The notes: generated from the sequence alone by a model not told the origin. Shown: positions 16,401-34,669, counted from the first letter of the stretch. The stretch is 64,000 nucleotides of DNA from Balanoglossus misakiensis (GCA_040954595.2 CM082578.2:15422998-15486997), one strand, 5' to 3'. A program made the numbers and translations.

Positions 16401-19317
16401 TTGAAATAGCTGTATAAATATTTTCACTGTTGTGAACTTGTGACTAAAGACACTTTATATGTGGACAAAGCTGTGACATTACCTTCCTGGGTGAAACTTT
16501 TTTATGTTGTCTCTCCTTGGCTTCTCTTGCTTTATGAATTGCTTGTAGAACAGCCACTGTGTCCTGGAAAAGATTACACCGTTTATAATGAACACATCAT
16601 CAGAGAACATGGTTCCCTTGTATTTCACCATCAAATAATACCGTCTCTATATTTTGGTGAGACAAGTTTGAATTCATTATCACCATTTTCTTCCTGGGAA
16701 TACATTCAAGGTCTTCAGATTTATTACAAGTTTACGTCTAAACAAGTAAAACTACTTACCAGTTCTTTTTGACTTGTTGTCTGTCTGTCTAGCGTCACTT
16801 CACTGGCTCTGTCGCCGAAGATTTCCAAAATCTTCGTTCTGTAGTCTGTTACTATGGTGACAGGGTTACCCGATAATATCAGTCGCTCTAAGCACGGCAG
16901 ACCACTCAGATATTTGATTTCAACCACCTTAAGAAGTACAGAGTGATAAAAAAATTCCATGCATAAAAGACTGTACATGTATCAGAGGAATAGATTCTCA
17001 GTTCTTAGGGTCCATGGTGTTTCTCTGCAGAAATTTCCTACACATGTACTTATCATTGGAAAACAACTTTATTGCATGCATAAGGTACAAATACTGAGAA
17101 CAGAGAAACTCTTTTCTGAACTTGGACTTCACACACACACACACACACAGCCCCTTTGTTACCTACTTCTGTAATTTGATTATGGCTGACATCCAGTTCA
17201 CTCAATGAGTACAGTTTAGCCAATCCCAGAAGACTGTCTAGTTTGTTAGCTGACAGGTTCAGAGACTTGATGTTGCCAAGCTTGGTGTTGATGGCTTGTA
17301 CAGATTGGATTCGATTGTGTGAGAGATCGACGTGGGTCAGACACGACAGGTGTTGTAGATGTTCCACGCCACTGATTAGGTTGTGACTCAGATCCAGGTA
17401 TTCCACTTTGGGCATTAATTTCTGTAGAGATTTAAGAAAGTGACGGTGAAGATTCCTTTAAAAAATTCAATCTGATAAACAATGACTGGGAACCTGTCAT
17501 GTCAGAATATTGGTGATATCAGCTCTGAAATGCACACACACGTCTCTGGCACTGTGGCTGGGCAGTATAATCAGCAACGACTGCACTCACTTACCACAGA
17601 CTCATCTATACTCTCAATGCTGTTGTGACTGAAATCAGCCGTGGTCAGCATTGACCACGTCGGTACAATGGCTGTGAATTCACTGTTTGCTGTCCCCCAC
17701 TGATGAGCTGTTGGTAGTAACAAATCCTGGAAAGAAATGGGAAAACTTTGATGAATTCTGTAACGAAATAAGTCAGTGTGATATAGACTGATATTGCTAT
17801 CACAAACGATCCTCTAAAAACACCTAAAACATAGACCTTGACTCACCCTAATGGTAGTTGTTGACTGGTGTACATTTAATGTTGCTAGGGTTCTCTTCAG
17901 GGAATCCAACCCAGTCATAAGTCTGCAGTTACAATTATCAATCTGACATTCAAGACAAAAGACAGAGAGGGACTTCATCTTTGAGCTGTCGAATGTCACA
18001 AGGACTGCGTCAAGTGACATACATTCACATTGTCGTGTCTTTCAAGAATGATTCACATCATGATATGACATTCTCAATTTTATTTCTTTGAGTAATAAAA
18101 ATTCAATTTTTATCAGTTTGAACATGGTTAATCTAAATGTCAAATATGACGTACTTGAACTTGAACCAAGGCTTTGAATATTGCAATATCAAATGGCAAT
18201 TCATCTACAGTTCTGGAGCTGGTGCCAAGGGATTTCTCAAATCCTGTAATCTGCAAGATATGAAAAATAAATTTCAGAAGTCATTCTTCATACTTTTATT
18301 CTTAATCATGAAACATCAAATGGTAAGCCCAATTATTCAAGTGGAATATATTCAAAACTGATTGAAAGAAAACGAAATAACACGAAATTAATGAAATTAG
18401 ACTGGTGAATACAAATAAATGGTCCTGGTCTTACCTTGAGATATTTAAGTCTTGCAGTGAAATCCATTACATGACCTAAATCAAGGCGCCTGTCACCTGA
18501 TTCTGAAAATGGAGAAAAGCAGAAAATTTTGCAAACTTCCACGCAAACAAAAAAAATCCAGGAGAATGAAACACAGAAGGGAAGCAAAAGAAAAGACACA
18601 GAAAACATGAAAGGGAAAAAGAAGAAAGTAAGCTGGTCACATTTGGCAAATTATTGTAATTGAGAAAAGAAGACAGTACTTCTCTCCAACAATACTAATG
18701 AAGCCAACAAAATGAAGATTGTGGCCCACTACACTATTGGTTTAAGAAACTCTCTGGTATTAAAATAAGTACATGTATGAACCCTGCAAGTCCTTTTCTA
18801 CAAAAACATGTCACTTTTGAATACAGAATCTTTCAATCTACTTGTCATGAGGATGGCTGCATTAGAGTCATAATAGTACACTCATCCATACAACATCCAT
18901 ATATCATAGCAATGAGTACAGGATCTTTTTTATCATCACAGTACAACAATATGAAAATCAATCATTTCTCACCACAAGTTGGTAAGGCTAGTTTCAATCT
19001 CTCTGTAACGGCATACAGCTGCATGGGCGTCATGTGATAGACTTCACCTGCAGCTAATATCATATCGCCTCTCTCGTAGAGTTCTTCGGCCAACGCTTCT
19101 GTCACACCATGAATGTCCTGCAAGGGTCCAAAAACAAAATAATGTGTCAACTGTATCTCATCAAAGCCATAAGATGATCATTATAAAAGCAAGAGTATTT
19201 CAATAAATCTGCATTCGATCGAAATTGTTACAGTCAACTGATATATAGACTCATACAGATCAACTTCCAACAGACTCATGACAGCACCTCTAGCATTAGA
19301 TTATACTGGTACATAAT

Positions 19318-19367
<50 letters not shown>

Positions 19368-20416
19368 ACATGCATTTCCAATGAAGACAAGCAGTGAAAG
19401 ACACACAACTGCACAGATACTCACATATTTGTTGAATCCAAGAAACACAGAGAGTGGTTTGGGCAGATACGTATACTTCTGCAGGAGCACTTGTAGATAC
19501 TGTTCCAAATCCTTCAGCCTCTTTTCAATAAATGATTTGGAGAGATTGCCTAGAAGTTTCTTGGGAGGCAACAGACTTCTCTCTATTTTGTTTTCAGAGA
19601 CTAGTCTTTCATGGAGTTCACTGAACTCACTGTATCTGTGTCTAACTTCCCAGCGACTGTCATTCACACTGACTTCAATGATATACACCTGTTAAGTTCA
19701 AGAAAAGTCCTCACATCAGGAAGATTACTTTCTTCAAAAAGATGATCTACACGGAACGAAAATTGTCGGTGACTTTTGTTGTTTATGCATGCATGCGTGA
19801 TACACAGTCCATCTATCACACTGTGCATTACAGTATTCTAAGGTTTCAGTGCTGTTCATTTCTCATGACACCTCCCACCCACCTAGCTGCAATGATTGTT
19901 GCGGGTGCTGCTAGGTTGAGTGATGTGTTCGCAGCCCTACCGCTACAAGGCATTATGTGTAACTTCCCAATCAACTTTCTGTCGTCAACTCACACCACTC
20001 AACCTAGCAGCACCCGCTACAATCATTGCAGCTAGGTGGGTGGGAGGTGTCACTTGTCAGAATACAATTTACATGCAGACAGATAGCAAGGCCAGCCTGG
20101 ACGTTGTTTGCTACATCGTACATTACACCTAACATTGAGATTTCCTGCTTCAAAATGTCATTATCTATTTTTTCACTCGAGAAATGTTTTCAAGATTCAC
20201 TCTTAACTCTTTGTAGACGCGTTATTTGAGCGGATCATGTCATAAAGAAAACCATTCGTACATCAATCAGTATAATTCAGACATTGCTATTTTGCTCAAG
20301 ATGATGTCGATTTTTTTCAATCAGCTTACCGTATAATTGTCGATTTGTTCGGTTCCACTGATGGACACTTTCCTGCCCAGTCGTATATCTTCCAAATCAT
20401 CGCTATATGAGGCCAT
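13479..20416 (-). CDS. NISCH: Nischarin (PX domain + leucine-rich repeats + long C-terminal exon)
   Basis: PX domain ([28 protein letters not shown]...[10 protein letters not shown]), [16 protein letters not shown], LRRs ([13 protein letters not shown]...[14 protein letters not shown]...LILSGNPV), [20 protein letters not shown], and C-terminal motifs [11 protein letters not shown] and VSYPLPDY. Start MASYSDD at 20416. Confidence 0.93.
19318..19367. repeat. (ATG)16 trinucleotide microsatellite in a NISCH intron
   Basis: Seen directly. It produces the spurious poly-M and poly-I ORFs in the track. Confidence 0.95.
19866..20052. mobile_element. Foldback / MITE-like element with ~62-bp terminal inverted repeats in NISCH intron 1
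   Basis: Left arm tgacacctcccacccacctagctgcaatgattgttgcgggtgctgctaggttgagtgatgtg equals the reverse complement of the right arm with 2 mismatches. Spacer about 60 bp. No clear TSD. Confidence 0.75.
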
Positions 20417-21637
20417 TTTTATGCATTAAATTACAAAAATTCGCACTATTGCTATATATCATCCCGGCTGGGCAAATCCGCCATTTTATCTTATTAGCAT
20501 ACTTTGCAGCCAATCAGAATCCGTATATCCGTCACGATCAGATGACCTCAGTATGACCTGTCATGTGAGGCCTGTTCACTTGCACTTCCTCAACATAGTC
20601 ACTTATATGTTTTGTGGCCTGTCAGGAAAGTTGTTGGCCTTTCCGCCACATGCAGACAGGCAGCATAGGTTCCTGTTTGTATATTATATAGAATGAAAGA
20701 TTTGTTATGTACAATAAAAATCTGTTTCAGTGTTTGTGATTATTTTTTCCAATAACATTTACAGCAACTGCAACAATGTATATGGGTAGATTTTATTAGT
20801 AGTTCATATCAAACAAGCGAAGACACTACAGTAGACACACTCAGAGTTTGTAGTAGGTGCTGAGTAACAAACATAAACGTTCTTCTTGCAGAGATCAGTA
20901 GAGATTGACTTGTGGTGGTTCAGAGATCAGTGTGACACGGTCAGTTTATATACAATCAATGCATAGTATGTGTCAGACCTCTGAACTGAATGCCTACTGA
21001 TTATTTGTAGGACAACAATGAACACTACATCATCCAGTTCAACTGCTCATAGACACATCTTTGAAAGTTCATATATATAACTGCTACCTCTCTGCAAGAC
21101 ACACCTGGAAACATTTGGTAAAAACATTCGCTTCAGTCTCTGGACATCATTTCTGAAAGTTCCTATGGAATAAAACCACAGCAAGGGTTCAAGCACATTC
21201 ACACTGGATAGGAAAATTTCAGTCATCCAAGTGAAATTATAATCAAGTCTGAATAATCCATATACAACCTGTCCTTTGCACCTAACTCCACATGACTACA
21301 TACATTTTTTTCTTAGTATTGTCAGATAACACTATTTACATTTGAAAATAGGATTTAATTAATTAGACTTTGCATTATTAATGTGCCAAAAAGCAGTGAA
21401 ATGAGGTGATATGAATTTTATTCTCACAAATGATACATAGCTTGAAATCATGAGAGAAATGAAAATATACAAGTGCCTTCATGATTCAAGTATAATAGTG
21501 GGAAAATTCAAAGGCTTTAAAATCACATTTTGTTGTGACTTGGTTGCAAGTTCTTTTCTGTACACATACGCAATGATTAATATTTTTTTGGGTAGGTGGT
21601 AGGAAGATTGATATCGGTTCTGTGTTCATTTCATCGT

Positions 21638-27283
<5,646 letters not shown>

Positions 27284-27416
27284 GGTGATTATTCAGATGT
27301 TAAAAGAATGGGGGAAAAGAAATGGCTGTGCAAGCAATATGCCAAATATCAGGAACACATGATCAGTTCACATCAAAACAAACTCCTGCAATGGCGTTCT
27401 GGCTGTATGGAACGTA

Positions 27417-27440
27417 GTTGCTATGGTACCGATTGTTTAC
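27417..27440. promoter_or_regulatory. RFX X-box-like site plus forkhead site in the IQCA1 / kelch-gene bidirectional promoter
   Basis: gttgctatggtacc (27417-27430) followed by tgtttac (27434-27440), about 135 bp upstream of the IQCA1 ATG. A + strand donor aag|gtaagc at 27461 probably ends a 5' UTR exon of the kelch gene. Confidence 0.55.
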
Positions 27441-28760
27441 ATATCTGATCCCGGGTCAAAGGTAAGCGCATTATTTTAAGTTATCAGTGATATAAATTGT
27501 CTGTAGACCTTTAATAGGCAGTTCAAATATAAAGAATTGAATCGTTAATACAGTTATATCGTGATAAAAAATATCATTTTCTTGTTTCCAAATGTTGAAT
27601 ATGACCTTTGACATTATTTCGCTTCTACACGTTGGTGGCGCTCGAAGACGAAGATTATCTTGGGGGCAAAGTTCGAACGTAGGCTAGATATGCCTGATCA
27701 CTGGATGCTTTTTTGCATTCGAGCAATACTGCAACAGCGGGCAAGAACAACCGTGGGTAATGCGTGCGGGGATAGTCAGATATTCTCCGTATCAATCTGA
27801 TGATGAGGACGGGATCTTGACGAAAGGTTTGTTGTTCAATGTTATGGGTGTTGATCATGGATGATGACGATGTTGTTTCACGTACACACGTTCAACACAT
27901 TAAAAGGAGGAAGAATCTGAGTTCACCAATGTTAGACATTAGTCTAATATTAGCCCCATCTCAGAAAGGTCGAATACGGATTTATTTAGGTGTAATGTTA
28001 ACATACACAGAATCTTCACTGTGAAGAAATGTGTTCCAACGCGTGTCAGTATATTCTGGAATGTTTTGGCAGTTTCTCACAAGAACCACCATTTCGTGTT
28101 TTTGTGACACCCGGCCATAAACATGATAAAGCTACTGTTCAATCTACATGTATTCAAATCAAACAACACGTCTATGGAAATGTACACTAAACGGACATTT
28201 TCTACATGTTCTATGGTAACAGCTGGCGTGAATGTATTATTAAATTAACAGTCAAACACATGATGAGCAGCCATATTTCTAGAATTGTATTTTCAACAAA
28301 AAAGGAACTGTGAAAGTGGAAATCAAATCAAATTAAAAACGAAAATAAAAAAATAAGATCATTCTCATTTCTGAAAATGAGGGAAATACATTATTAATAG
28401 CTTTCGAGATTGTTTGCATTGATTTCTGTTCAATTTCCCAAGAACAAGGTGGCAATTTTATTATCACAGGTTCTCTTCCACCCACGTGAAAACTGTTAAC
28501 CCTGTCATAGCAAGATATGTTCTGTTCACGTGCCATGGTTATGATTATACAGGGTTGTTGTTTACATATTGATAGATGTGTCAGCAGACTTATACTGAGT
28601 TAAACCTAAGGTTAGCAATATATTAGCAAGATAGGCATTTTGATGATACATGTATTAATATTGATAATTTTAATAATAGAATATTCAACTGTGTACAATG
28701 TTGCAGGTTCCATGGCATGTTATCATTGACAGTGAGGTGTACCATCAATATCAAACCATA

Positions 28761-30848
28761 ATGGCGTCTTCAGATTCCAAGCAGAAGGAAAAGGGACATC
28801 TCCCGAGCATTGCCAAGACAGTCACCCAGGGACTGAATCAACTGAGACTGGACAACACACTAACAGATGTCTGTCTCTCCAGTCGAGGGGAAAATTTTCT
28901 CTGCCACCAGGTGGTCTTAGCTGCATCAAGTCCTTTCTTCCGAGGTATCCTTAAGAAGTTGCACTCTCCTCCTGCGGAGACCAGGAAACTGCAGTTTGAC
29001 GAAATAGACCCAGCGGCACTGAAGCGTATCATAGAATTTATTTATATTGGCAGGACAACTGTGCCAGATGGGGAAATGAATCAGCTGTTGGAACTGGCCA
29101 AGGCTTTTGAGCTGTCTGATCTCACGACAGCGTGCCTGTCAAGTTTGACATCACGGCATGAAAGTGAGGAGGAGCACTCTGATGAGAGCATGAAAGAAAA
29201 CAAAGAATGTGCCACTGCTGGGCCATTTCATGTCTGCCATCCTCCCCATGTCTCCAACTTGATACGGGGCTTCAACAAACTGAGAAGGCGGAACGAGTTT
29301 ACAGATGTGTGCTTTCTTGTCGGGCACCAGCAGATTCCATGTCATCGAGCGGTTCTGCTGCCGCATAGCAGTTATTTCAAGGCCATGTTCACCACAGGCA
29401 TGAAAGAAAGCAAACTGCATCAAATTGAAATATACGACATTGCTGCCGAGACCCTGAAGCAACTCGTGGAGTATGCGTACTTGGGGAAGATCTTCATCAA
29501 CAATGACAACGTGGACACACTTCTGGAGGCGTCCAGTTTGTTTCAGATCCTGCCTGTGCAAAATGCCTGCATCTCATACATGCAGAAGCAGATGGATGCA
29601 TCCAACTGTCTGGGAATACATGCCATAACTGATGTCTTCTCTTGTGAACCATTGTGTAATATGGCACTTGCTTATGCTATTGAGAATTTCGATGATGTGT
29701 GCCTTCATGAGGAATTTCTGTCACTGTCAGAAGAGAGGCTGATGGACCTCGTTCAGAGAGATTTGTGCGTGAATCAGGAAGAGACTGTTTATGAGGCTGT
29801 ACTCAGGTGGGTGGAGTTTGATGCAGATGCCAGGAAGCAGTGCTTTGAACAACTCTTCAAACATATCAGACTACAGTATGTGTCATCTTCATACCTCAGC
29901 GACAAAATCTTGACTGAAACTTTAGTAATGCAGTCCAGAGGCTGCTTGGAGTGGATTGAGTCTTTCAGAGAAGGAAAATTACCACCAATGCCAAGACGGC
30001 CGTATAACGAAATAGTGGTGAATATCCATGGTTACAATTACAATGGTAACCACGGTGCTGAAGTTGTCGGGGAGATTCAGTGTTATGATCCCAGAAAGGA
30101 CAAGTGGTTTGAGATTGAGAATGTCCCCATAGAGAGCAGAGACCGGGTAGCATCAGCTGCTAGCGTGGGGGACGACTTGTTTGTTCTGACCAAAGCAGGC
30201 AGGGCGTGGCTCCTCAAGTCGAAAACCAAGGAGTGGGTCCCGTGTCAGTCTCTGTTCCGACCCCGCAGGAACCACCAGATAGTTTCAATCGGACACATGG
30301 TGTACAAGCTTGGTGGTCAGGACGGCCACAACTGGTGTCGAATGGTGGACAGATATTGCACAGTGACTGACGACTGGGTGCAGATTGCGCCCATGCTTGG
30401 AGCGCGATGCATCGCTGCTACCGTGTGCGAAGGCAAGATATATGCGGTCACTGGTAGTAACAATGGACTTGAGTGCTACGATCCACAGAGCAATGCGTGG
30501 ACTTTGATCGCTACGCTTCCAGAACCCGAAAGTGCTCAAGCGGTGGTCCTGAACCGTCAGATCTACATCCTCCTGCACGGCTGCAACTTCCTCTGCTACA
30601 GTCTGCAGGAAAGCCAGTGGAAGTACATTGGCAAGCTGGCCTCGCACAAGTCCCGGAGATTCGCCTGTCGGCTTGCCGTGTGCAACGGAAAGATCTATGC
30701 CATCGGTGGCTGTGATAAAAGGTACCAGAATATCAACACTGTGGATTGGTACAACATCGAAACTGGCAAGTGGGAAACTGTGTGCAACATGCCCCATGCT
30801 ACATGGGGACATTGCTGTGTGACTATGCGCAAGTATGCACTTCTGTAA
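28761..30848 (+). CDS. Kelch-like protein with tandem BTB-BTB-BACK-Kelch architecture, single coding exon
   Basis: BTB1 (LTDVCLSSRGENFLCHQVVLAASSPFFRG), BTB2 (FTDVCFLVGHQQIPCHRAVLLPHSSYFKAMFTTGMKES), BACK (SNCLGI...EETVYEAVLRWV) and kelch repeats (YKLGG, GKIYAV, GKIYAIGG, YDP..W). An acceptor at 28707 favours ATG 28761 over 28698. Confidence 0.9.
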   Translation: MASSDSKQKEKGHLPSIAKTVTQGLNQLRLDNTLTDVCLSSRGENFLCHQVVLAASSPFFRGILKKLHSPPAETRKLQFDEIDPAALKRIIEFIYIGRTTVPDGEMNQLLELAKAFELSDLTTACLSSLTSRHESEEEHSDESMKENKECATAGPFHVCHPPHVSNLIRGFNKLRRRNEFTDVCFLVGHQQIPCHRAVLLPHSSYFKAMFTTGMKESKLHQIEIYDIAAETLKQLVEYAYLGKIFINNDNVDTLLEASSLFQILPVQNACISYMQKQMDASNCLGIHAITDVFSCEPLCNMALAYAIENFDDVCLHEEFLSLSEERLMDLVQRDLCVNQEETVYEAVLRWVEFDADARKQCFEQLFKHIRLQYVSSSYLSDKILTETLVMQSRGCLEWIESFREGKLPPMPRRPYNEIVVNIHGYNYNGNHGAEVVGEIQCYDPRKDKWFEIENVPIESRDRVASAASVGDDLFVLTKAGRAWLLKSKTKEWVPCQSLFRPRRNHQIVSIGHMVYKLGGQDGHNWCRMVDRYCTVTDDWVQIAPMLGARCIAATVCEGKIYAVTGSNNGLECYDPQSNAWTLIATLPEPESAQAVVLNRQIYILLHGCNFLCYSLQESQWKYIGKLASHKSRRFACRLAVCNGKIYAIGGCDKRYQNINTVDWYNIETGKWETVCNMPHATWGHCCVTMRKYALL

Positions 30849-31807
30849 AACAGAATACAGTGAAAACCTGTCCACGAGGGACAACTTCATAAAATAGAAC
30901 TGATTACAGTTGGAAAAACTGTAAATTACTGGGGGGTTTTGTGAAATTTGTTCGTGTTTTGGGGGGATAAATAACTACTTGTAATTTTGCTTTGAATAAC
31001 CAATTGGTTCTCATAAAATTGTCATAAACCACGCTGTTTACTCCAGTTGTTTGACATTCATATTGAGACATGTACATGTAAATGTAGTACTTGTCAATAT
31101 GCTATTCTTTGAATTGTCATTCTGAACCATCCACAAGTGCAGCTGTGATTTTTATCGTTGAATGGCGGATTTGGTCACATTGCTATAGGTCTTTATAACT
31201 ACTGTAATCTCCACATTAACATAAATATAATAAGCATTACTCATGCTGGTATATCATTTCATGACATCTCCACATTTTATGAATATGGCATCAAATCCAC
31301 ATCATAAATGAAAATTGTGCATACATGTATGTGTTCTGGTTTTTTATAATGAAGTTCTGACAAAAAAGAAAAATCCTTGCCTTTTTGAAGCCTAGCTTTT
31401 ACCTCTTTCTCTGGTGCATGGGTACAGTGAAATAAATTGGATTGTGTGACCACCCGTTTTGTAGTTACTGTCAAAGTTTGTTTGTTACAATTTCTTCTGG
31501 GGAAAATAACGCATACAATGTATTACCACATCACTTTTCAGTTCTATGGGTGATGGACTTAATGGTTCCGTTCTAAATTATTAAATGTAATTATCAACCC
31601 ATATTTTGTGTTGGCTGCGTTTTTGTGTGTGTGTGTAAACTGGAGCCTGAAGTGATTGAGTTTTTTGTCTTCTGGAGTGTATGGAATATGATCATTTTCC
31701 AATTTTTTGCAAAACTCGAATGAGAGCATGCGCAGTCCCAACGTTTCGTCTCTACGCCCTCAGCGGTAAAGTAGGGAGTATGTGCCTCGATCTCGGTCGA
31801 ACGATGT

Positions 31808-31845
31808 GATTGGCTAACGGCTTGTAAACATGCGCCATTTTTAAA
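31808..31845 (+). promoter_or_regulatory. Candidate G2/M cell-cycle promoter module of CENP-A (CCAAT, MYB, forkhead, YY1, CHR-like)
   Basis: Within 38 bp: gattgg (reverse CCAAT), taacgg (MYB), gtaaaca (forkhead), cgccatttt (YY1) and tttaaa (CHR variant), about 105-145 bp upstream of the ATG. Confidence 0.5.
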
Positions 31846-31950
31846 AAGTTAGTAAAAGTAACGTTTCCGGTCGCCGGGGTACAAGAAAAGTTGTTCCCCG
31901 GATTGTTGTGTGCGGCCCCTCCATCACGGGGACTGTATATCTTCATTGAA

Positions 31951-33372
31951 ATGGTTCGCATGGTACGAACAACTCCTGGAAGGCGCAAATCAGCAACGCC
32001 AAGGAAAATTGGAAGACCGCCTCGTTCTCCCGCAAGAACTCCCACTTCTCCCCGGCGGAGCCAACCCACCGCAAGAGCGCCGGCGACAGGTGAGCACGTA
32101 TTCAGTCTATCGACTGGCAGGAAAAATTACATTATGATGCCAATTGAATAGTACAAGGAACACAAGTGTCTTGTTTTCTCTTTTTATCACAGTTTACGTA
32201 GGATATAGAAGTAAAGGGATATGTACATGTATGTGTGAAGTTGGACAATACGAGGTACCCACTGTTCAATCTGATTAAAATCAGATGTAGGGAACGGCGA
32301 CTTGGTTTTTTTATGCTGTCGCCTGAGGCGACAGCATAAAAAAACCAAGTCGCCGTTCCCTACATCTGATTTTAATCAGATTGCCCACTGTTTAAAGGAA
32401 TGCCCACTTCAATCAACCATTGTGAAGTTGTGTATCAAGTTACTAAATGTTTGTGTGCATGTGTGTTTTATGTTCAAGGTCGGAAGCCACACAGATTTCG
32501 TCCTGGTACAAAGGCGCTCATGGAAATTCGGAAGTATCAAAAATCTACAAGTTTACTGTTGAGAAAGCTTCCATTTTCTCGCTTGGTAGGTATTCCTATT
32601 CAGTGTGTACATGAACATGATCTTCAAAAAACTAGAGAAATGTACCCGATGTAAATGTATACTTTCAATATCTAACATTTGATTAATTTATACAGAAAGG
32701 TACATGTACATGTATTGCCAAAACATCTTCAGTTGTAAAACCTGACACATGTGGTATATGTTCATGTATTCTCGACATCTTGGTACGTGAAGGTGGTGTC
32801 CATCTATTACAGCAATACTTTTTCCTATGGTTATTTAGTGCATCATTACCAGTCTAGGTTCAGAATGGGGTTGTACAGCCAAGGCAGTGTGTCAGCAGTT
32901 TGGATGTTTAGAAATATGTGAATATGCAAGTTATTTTCTGAGTGATGGCTTTCTTTGTTTTGTATAGGTTCGTGAGATAGCTCTGCAGTTGTATGTCGGT
33001 GTTGAATTGCGATGGCAAGCAAGTGCTATATTGGCACTGCAAGAGGTAAGCCAATCCAACTCAACATGCCATTTGTGTCTTACAATAGACAACTTTTAAC
33101 CTTTTCACCCAATTTTTCTGTGTATAGAGGTCCAATTTCACCCTGGGAAATGATGGATTAGGACCAAACTATGCCACACAAGTTCATTTTTATGTAAAAA
33201 CTACTGTTCAGCTAAACTGTTACATAATCTGTTTCAGGCTTCTGAAGCTTTCCTGGTGCACTTGCTGGAAGATTCCTACCTGATATCTCTGCATGCAAAA
33301 CGAGTCACCCTGATGGTAAAAGACATCCAGCTAGCCAGGCGTATCCGGGGTATTCATGAAGGACTTGGTTAG
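31951..33372 (+). CDS. CENPA: Centromeric histone H3 variant CENP-A, 4 exons
   Basis: Exons 31951-32089, 32479-32585, 32968-33045 and 33238-33372 give a divergent R/P/S/T-rich tail followed by [105 protein letters not shown] and RWQ in place of H3 FQRL and RFQ, a longer loop 1 and the presence of introns are cenH3 hallmarks. Confidence 0.93.
32258..32392. mobile_element. Perfect 117-bp palindromic insertion (32267-32383) flanked by a 9-bp target-site duplication CCCACTGTT
   Basis: 58-bp arm, a single G, then the exact reverse-complement arm. cccactgtt occurs at 32258-32266 and 32384-32392. Confidence 0.9.
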
Positions 33373-34645
33373 ACAAAGCTAGAACCCATCACGCTGGAAG
33401 TCTTGAACTCTTTGTAATTGTATATAGGTATTTTTCTCTAGATGGTTTTAATCAACACTACCAAGCAGGACATCAGGATTGAAATTAGTTCTGCAGTTGT
33501 TCATAGTACATGCATCTTCTTAAAATTACGCTGCCAAAGATGAAGACAATTTTATTTAGACAGATGAGGAAACATCACTTGTACTTTATGTGAGAAATTA
33601 GCAAAAACTTTGGAAGACTTTTGGCTACTGTGTATATATTATAAAAGCAATGATTTATTTTTCACCGGATTTGTGACTTTGCCCCTGAAAAGAAAATACA
33701 ATGGTTATATCATCCAAGTTCAAAAAAATTAAATGAAGTGGCCCGTCAACTTAAGTTGGTGATTACATATTGTTACTCGACACTAAATAAGTGTAGCAGC
33801 TCAGAAATGTAACCATGGTAATTGTTAATCACCTGATGAATAGAACCAAAAAAAATGCAAAGATTGACCTTGTCTTTATGTCTCATGAAACAGTTTCCTG
33901 CCTCACACTTATAATTTCCCTCGATTTCATTCCTACACTGAGCAACAGTTTAGAGACCGTGTAAAGATCAGTATTTTACCAATTTTTGTCACATGTTTTT
34001 ATCTGGAATATTGATTTTCTATTTTAGTGTTAAGAATTTATTTCAATCGTGTTTTAAATGTCAATAAAAGTCATATTTGTGTATTTTCAAATATTAGTTT
34101 TCTTGGTAATTATTGAAACCACATGGACCCACCCGCATCCAGGGGAGGAGCACTTAGATTCCCTCCGCATATTAAACATGATGTATGTTACAGAGCCAAG
34201 ACCAACCCCATCTCATCAAAATATTCAATCTCCTCGAATTTACATACTAGTAGTATACCTATATACACATATGGTTAAAAATGCATGTCTGTGGCTTCTC
34301 GAGAATAGTTACTAGATTTGCAATGTATAAGACGTATATGAACCAAGTCGAGGGATTATGCATGTGAAGAGTAGCGCCCCCGTGTTAGTATATTACTTAC
34401 TGCAATTACGTACTAGCTCTTTGAGCGGTGTTTAAATCACGCAAGCTCCGAGACCCTCACATGACCAACTTTCAGCCAATCAGGGAAGGCCACTGTCAGC
34501 GTCTTGGCTCAGTTCTTTTACAGGCGGCACTGCTCGTACACACGCTGCTTTCACATTGTCATAGCAATTTGCTTTTCAAGCAATATTTAGCGTACGCTGT
34601 TAAGTCGGCAAAACTGCTATATGCTCAAGGACGCGTGAGGTTTGA

Positions 34646-34669
34646 ATTGTTTGTTTGTTGCATAGCAAC
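34646..34669 (+). promoter_or_regulatory. Forkhead + RFX X-box module upstream of SSUH2 copy 1
   Basis: attgtttgtttGTTGCATAGCAAC, 20/24 identical to 39728-39751 upstream of copy 2. Confidence 0.6.

Noticed and set aside
27858-27925. Possible C/D-box snoRNA (ATGATGA ... CTGA) in the kelch gene 5' intron
   Set aside because: No terminal stem and no recognisable rRNA guide. Such short boxes occur by chance.
30285-30890. 201-aa antisense ORF over the kelch repeats
   Set aside because: No recognisable domain. It is the expected shadow ORF of a GC-richer coding exon.
31951-33372. Canonical histone H3 or H3.3
   Set aside because: No ARTKQTARKS tail, and the fold carries cenH3-type substitutions.
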